64,000 bases of DNA. It comes from Verrucomicrobiota bacterium. Lineage in GTDB: Bacteria > Verrucomicrobiota > Verrucomicrobiia > Limisphaerales > CANJSG01. The notes under the pieces are model-generated. The model did no database searches. It had not been told where the DNA came from and was given only the letters and a program-made list of their open reading frames with translations. This document shows, piece after piece, positions 61,730 to 64,000 of this stretch. The stretch is from positions 9,209 through 73,208 of the forward strand of contig JBBQXJ010000010.1 of NCBI GenBank assembly GCA_038209745.1, read 5' to 3'. Made by a program: the position numbers and the translations under genes. Each line of letters opens with the position of its first letter. Position 1 is the first letter of the stretch.

Positions 61730-61772
61730 TTCGATAGTATCCGGATTGTGCCGGACAAATGTGCCTAACTTA

Positions 61773-62042
61773 TTAGGCAGTAGCCTTCATTGATCGTTTA
61801 TGATCATAAACCGAGGATCGGACGAGATTCGAGACGTGAATAGTCCCTTCTCTCTCAACTATTGAACCCTGAGGGTGATCTTGGCTTCGTTTTACATGCT
61901 TCTTGATCAACTTTAGGCCCTCAATAGTTGCCCGTTGTCCCTTTGTATGCATTTGCAAAATCTTGCCTCGCTTGCCCTTCTCAGAACCCGCGATTACAAC
62001 AACTTCATCGCCACGTCTTACGTGAAATTTTCCAATGCTCAT
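61773..62042 (-). CDS. rplX: 50S ribosomal protein L24
   Basis: KOW motif GD.V.VIAG..KGKRG; IHVSN. Confidence 0.95.
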   Translation of the reverse strand: MSIGKFHVRRGDEVVVIAGSEKGKRGKILQMHTKGQRATIEGLKLIKKHVKRSQDHPQGSIVEREGTIHVSNLVRSSVYDHKRSMKATA

Positions 62043-62404
62043 ATGACCTCTGGTGCGAGCGAAATAATCTTCATGAACTTCTTCTCCCTAAGTTCCCGGG
62101 CAACGGGTCCGAAAATCCTAGTGCCCCTCGGATTATTGTCTTTATCAATGATCACGATGGCATTGCGGTCAAATCGGACATATGACCCGTCGTCACGTCG
62201 GATCGACTGTCTAGTCCGAACAACGACCGCATTTACGACCTCTCCTTTTTTAACCGTCCCATCCGGAGTAGCCTCTTTTATATGGGCTTTGATCACATCG
62301 CCAATACCCGCATACATCTGGTTTCTCCCAAGAACACCAATAGTCGCCGCCCGCTTGGCTCCAGTATTGTCGGCCACATCTAGAATTGATCGGATCTGAA
62401 GCAT
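62039..62404 (-). CDS. rplN: 50S ribosomal protein L14
   Basis: VADNTGAK and [13 protein letters not shown] motifs. Confidence 0.98.
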   Translation of the reverse strand: MLQIRSILDVADNTGAKRAATIGVLGRNQMYAGIGDVIKAHIKEATPDGTVKKGEVVNAVVVRTRQSIRRDDGSYVRFDRNAIVIIDKDNNPRGTRIFGPVARELREKKFMKIISLAPEVI

Positions 62405-62426
62405 ATAAATTCCTTAAATTGAAGCT

Positions 62427-62717
62427 TTAAGCGGTTACAAATGTCGCCTGGACGCTTTTTTCGACAACCTCAACCAACCTCCAGCGTTTCATCCGAGAAA
62501 TTGGCCGTGTCTCGTGGATCCGCACAACGTCCCCAATCATTGCTTCACCATTTTCGTCATGGGCGTGAAACTTTGAAAATGAGGTGACGACCTTTCTAAA
62601 TTTTGGATGTGGATAACGCCGCTCTACTTTCACGACGATTGTTTTGATCATTTTGTTAGAAACGACCTTGCCAATCCGTTCCTTTCGACTCCCGCGCTCT
62701 ACGATGTTCTCGGACAT
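62427..62717 (-). CDS. rpsQ: 30S ribosomal protein S17
   Basis: G.VVSNKM.KT, AHDE and ETRPIS motifs. Confidence 0.97.
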   Translation of the reverse strand: MSENIVERGSRKERIGKVVSNKMIKTIVVKVERRYPHPKFRKVVTSFSKFHAHDENGEAMIGDVVRIHETRPISRMKRWRLVEVVEKSVQATFVTA

Positions 62718-62722
62718 ATGCT

Positions 62723-62923
62723 TTAATTTGAGCTTTGGGGTTTGCCTTGGGAGAGTCGGGTCTCGATTCGGGCGATGTCTCGCCGCAAATGCCTCAATTT
62801 TGCAGGCTTTTCGAGCTGACTGCTAGCCTGTTGAAGACGCAGGTTGAACATCTCTTGGCGAAGTTCACGCCCCTTTGCCGCCAATTCAGAGGCCGTCAAT
62901 TCCTTCAACTCTGGGAAATTCAT
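62723..62923 (-). CDS. rpmC: 50S ribosomal protein L29
   Basis: MNFPELKEL...FNLR...RRDIARIET. Confidence 0.95.
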   Translation of the reverse strand: MNFPELKELTASELAAKGRELRQEMFNLRLQQASSQLEKPAKLRHLRRDIARIETRLSQGKPQSSN

Positions 62924-62945
62924 ACTCTTATCACCTATTAGTTTT

Positions 62946-63365
62946 TCAGCCGACCTTATGGCGGGAAATAAATTTGGTCGCGATTGGAAGCTTTGTCGCG
63001 GCAAGACGCATTGACTCTCGTGCGACCGCTTCAGTTACACCTTCAACCTCAAGCAATACTGCTGCGGGTCGAATCACCGCCACCCAAGATTCGACGCCCC
63101 CTTTCCCTGTACCCATGCGGGTTTCCAGAGGCTTTTTCGTGTAAGACTTATCCGGGAATACCCTAATCCAAACCTTCCCGCGCCGCTTCATATAACGAGT
63201 AACCGCCACCCGGGCGGCCTCGATTTGCTTTGTATCAAGCCAGCACCTCTCCAAGGCCTGCAATCCGTATTCACCAAATGCAACGCAATTGCCCCGAGTC
63301 GCCAGACCGGTCCGGCTCCCTCGATGCATTTTGCGATACTTTACTCTTGCGGGCATCATTGCCAT
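62946..63365 (-). CDS. rplP: 50S ribosomal protein L16
   Basis: QIEAARVA and [13 protein letters not shown] motifs. Confidence 0.98.
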   Translation of the reverse strand: MAMMPARVKYRKMHRGSRTGLATRGNCVAFGEYGLQALERCWLDTKQIEAARVAVTRYMKRRGKVWIRVFPDKSYTKKPLETRMGTGKGGVESWVAVIRPAAVLLEVEGVTEAVARESMRLAATKLPIATKFISRHKVG

Positions 63366-63387
63366 AAGCTGTTTCTGCTAAATTGTT

Positions 63388-64000
63388 TTAGTTAGTCTGT
63401 ACGGGAGCTGCGCTGCCGCGATCTATCTTTTCGGCCCTAGCCTGCTTGATATCGACCTTCTTGATCTCTCCATGACAGATCCAACACTTAATTCCCAGTC
63501 GCCCATAAACCGTTTTGGCTTCGGCGAATCCGTAATCAATGTTTGCCCGAAGGGTGTGTAGCGGAACCCGCCCCTCACGATATTGCTCAACCCTCCCTAT
63601 CTCCGAACCTCCAAGGCGACCAGCGCATCGGATGCGAATTCCTTCCGCTCCAAAATCCATCGCTGTTTGAAGTGCCTTCTTCATAGCTCGGCGGAAAGAC
63701 ACCCGACGTTCCAGCTGAACAGCCACATTTTCGGCAACCAGTTGAGCATCAATCTCTGGTTGCTTTACTTCTTGGATGTCAACATAGACATCTTTGCCGG
63801 TCATTTTGCTAAGCTCTTCCTTCAGCTTGTCAATTTCGGCCCCTTTGCGCCCAATCACTACGCCAGGTCGGGCAGTAAAAATTGTCACCCGGCAGCGGCT
63901 GGTGGCCCGCTCAATGTGTATTTTCGGGACAGCTGCGGATTCTAGGCGCTTTTTTAAGATAGCTCTGATTCTGCGATCTTCGTTAAGCAGATTTCCAAAT
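63388..64000 (-). CDS. rpsC: 30S ribosomal protein S3 (5' end outside window)
   Basis: [17 protein letters not shown] and [10 protein letters not shown] motifs; frame runs to the window edge. Confidence 0.97.
   Translation of the reverse strand, partial: FGNLLNEDRRIRAILKKRLESAAVPKIHIERATSRCRVTIFTARPGVVIGRKGAEIDKLKEELSKMTGKDVYVDIQEVKQPEIDAQLVAENVAVQLERRVSFRRAMKKALQTAMDFGAEGIRIRCAGRLGGSEIGRVEQYREGRVPLHTLRANIDYGFAEAKTVYGRLGIKCWICHGEIKKVDIKQARAEKIDRGSAAPVQTN

Noticed and set aside
52800..64000. Low-GC block as a prophage or classical horizontally acquired island
   Set aside because: It contains only core translation/transcription genes in canonical order, with no mobility genes

Overview
Bacterial chromosomal segment, most likely Verrucomicrobiota/PVC. 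This is inferred from the PSCyt-type cytochrome c, the DUF1559-type pilin-like protein, a DUF4159 pair, S11 with an N-terminal extension and the absence of rpmD. Positions 1-51 kb are GC-rich (hand-counted 60-mers 58-75%) and carry housekeeping and accessory genes: a nuclease-DinG/XPD helicase with in-frame palindromic inserts, a DUF748 protein, a ClC channel, methyltransferases, a GH13+GH133 glycogen debranching enzyme, a TPR-peptidase/DUF4159x2/MoxR module, a pilin-like gene, a probable galactofuranose-utilisation operon (galK-ytfRT-yjfF-GH2-GH43-ytfQ-GH43-galT), tRNA-Ser(CGA), yebC, a PPK2/PAP, a two-component pair and transporters. From about 52 kb to the end lies the S10-spc-alpha ribosomal protein superoperon (rpsC to rplQ, minus strand). 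Its GC content drops to about 43-47% in sampled 60-mers with non-optimal codons, which is the most unexpected signal in the window. No integrase, transposase or CRISPR array was seen. All family assignments come from motif recognition by eye, not from database searches.
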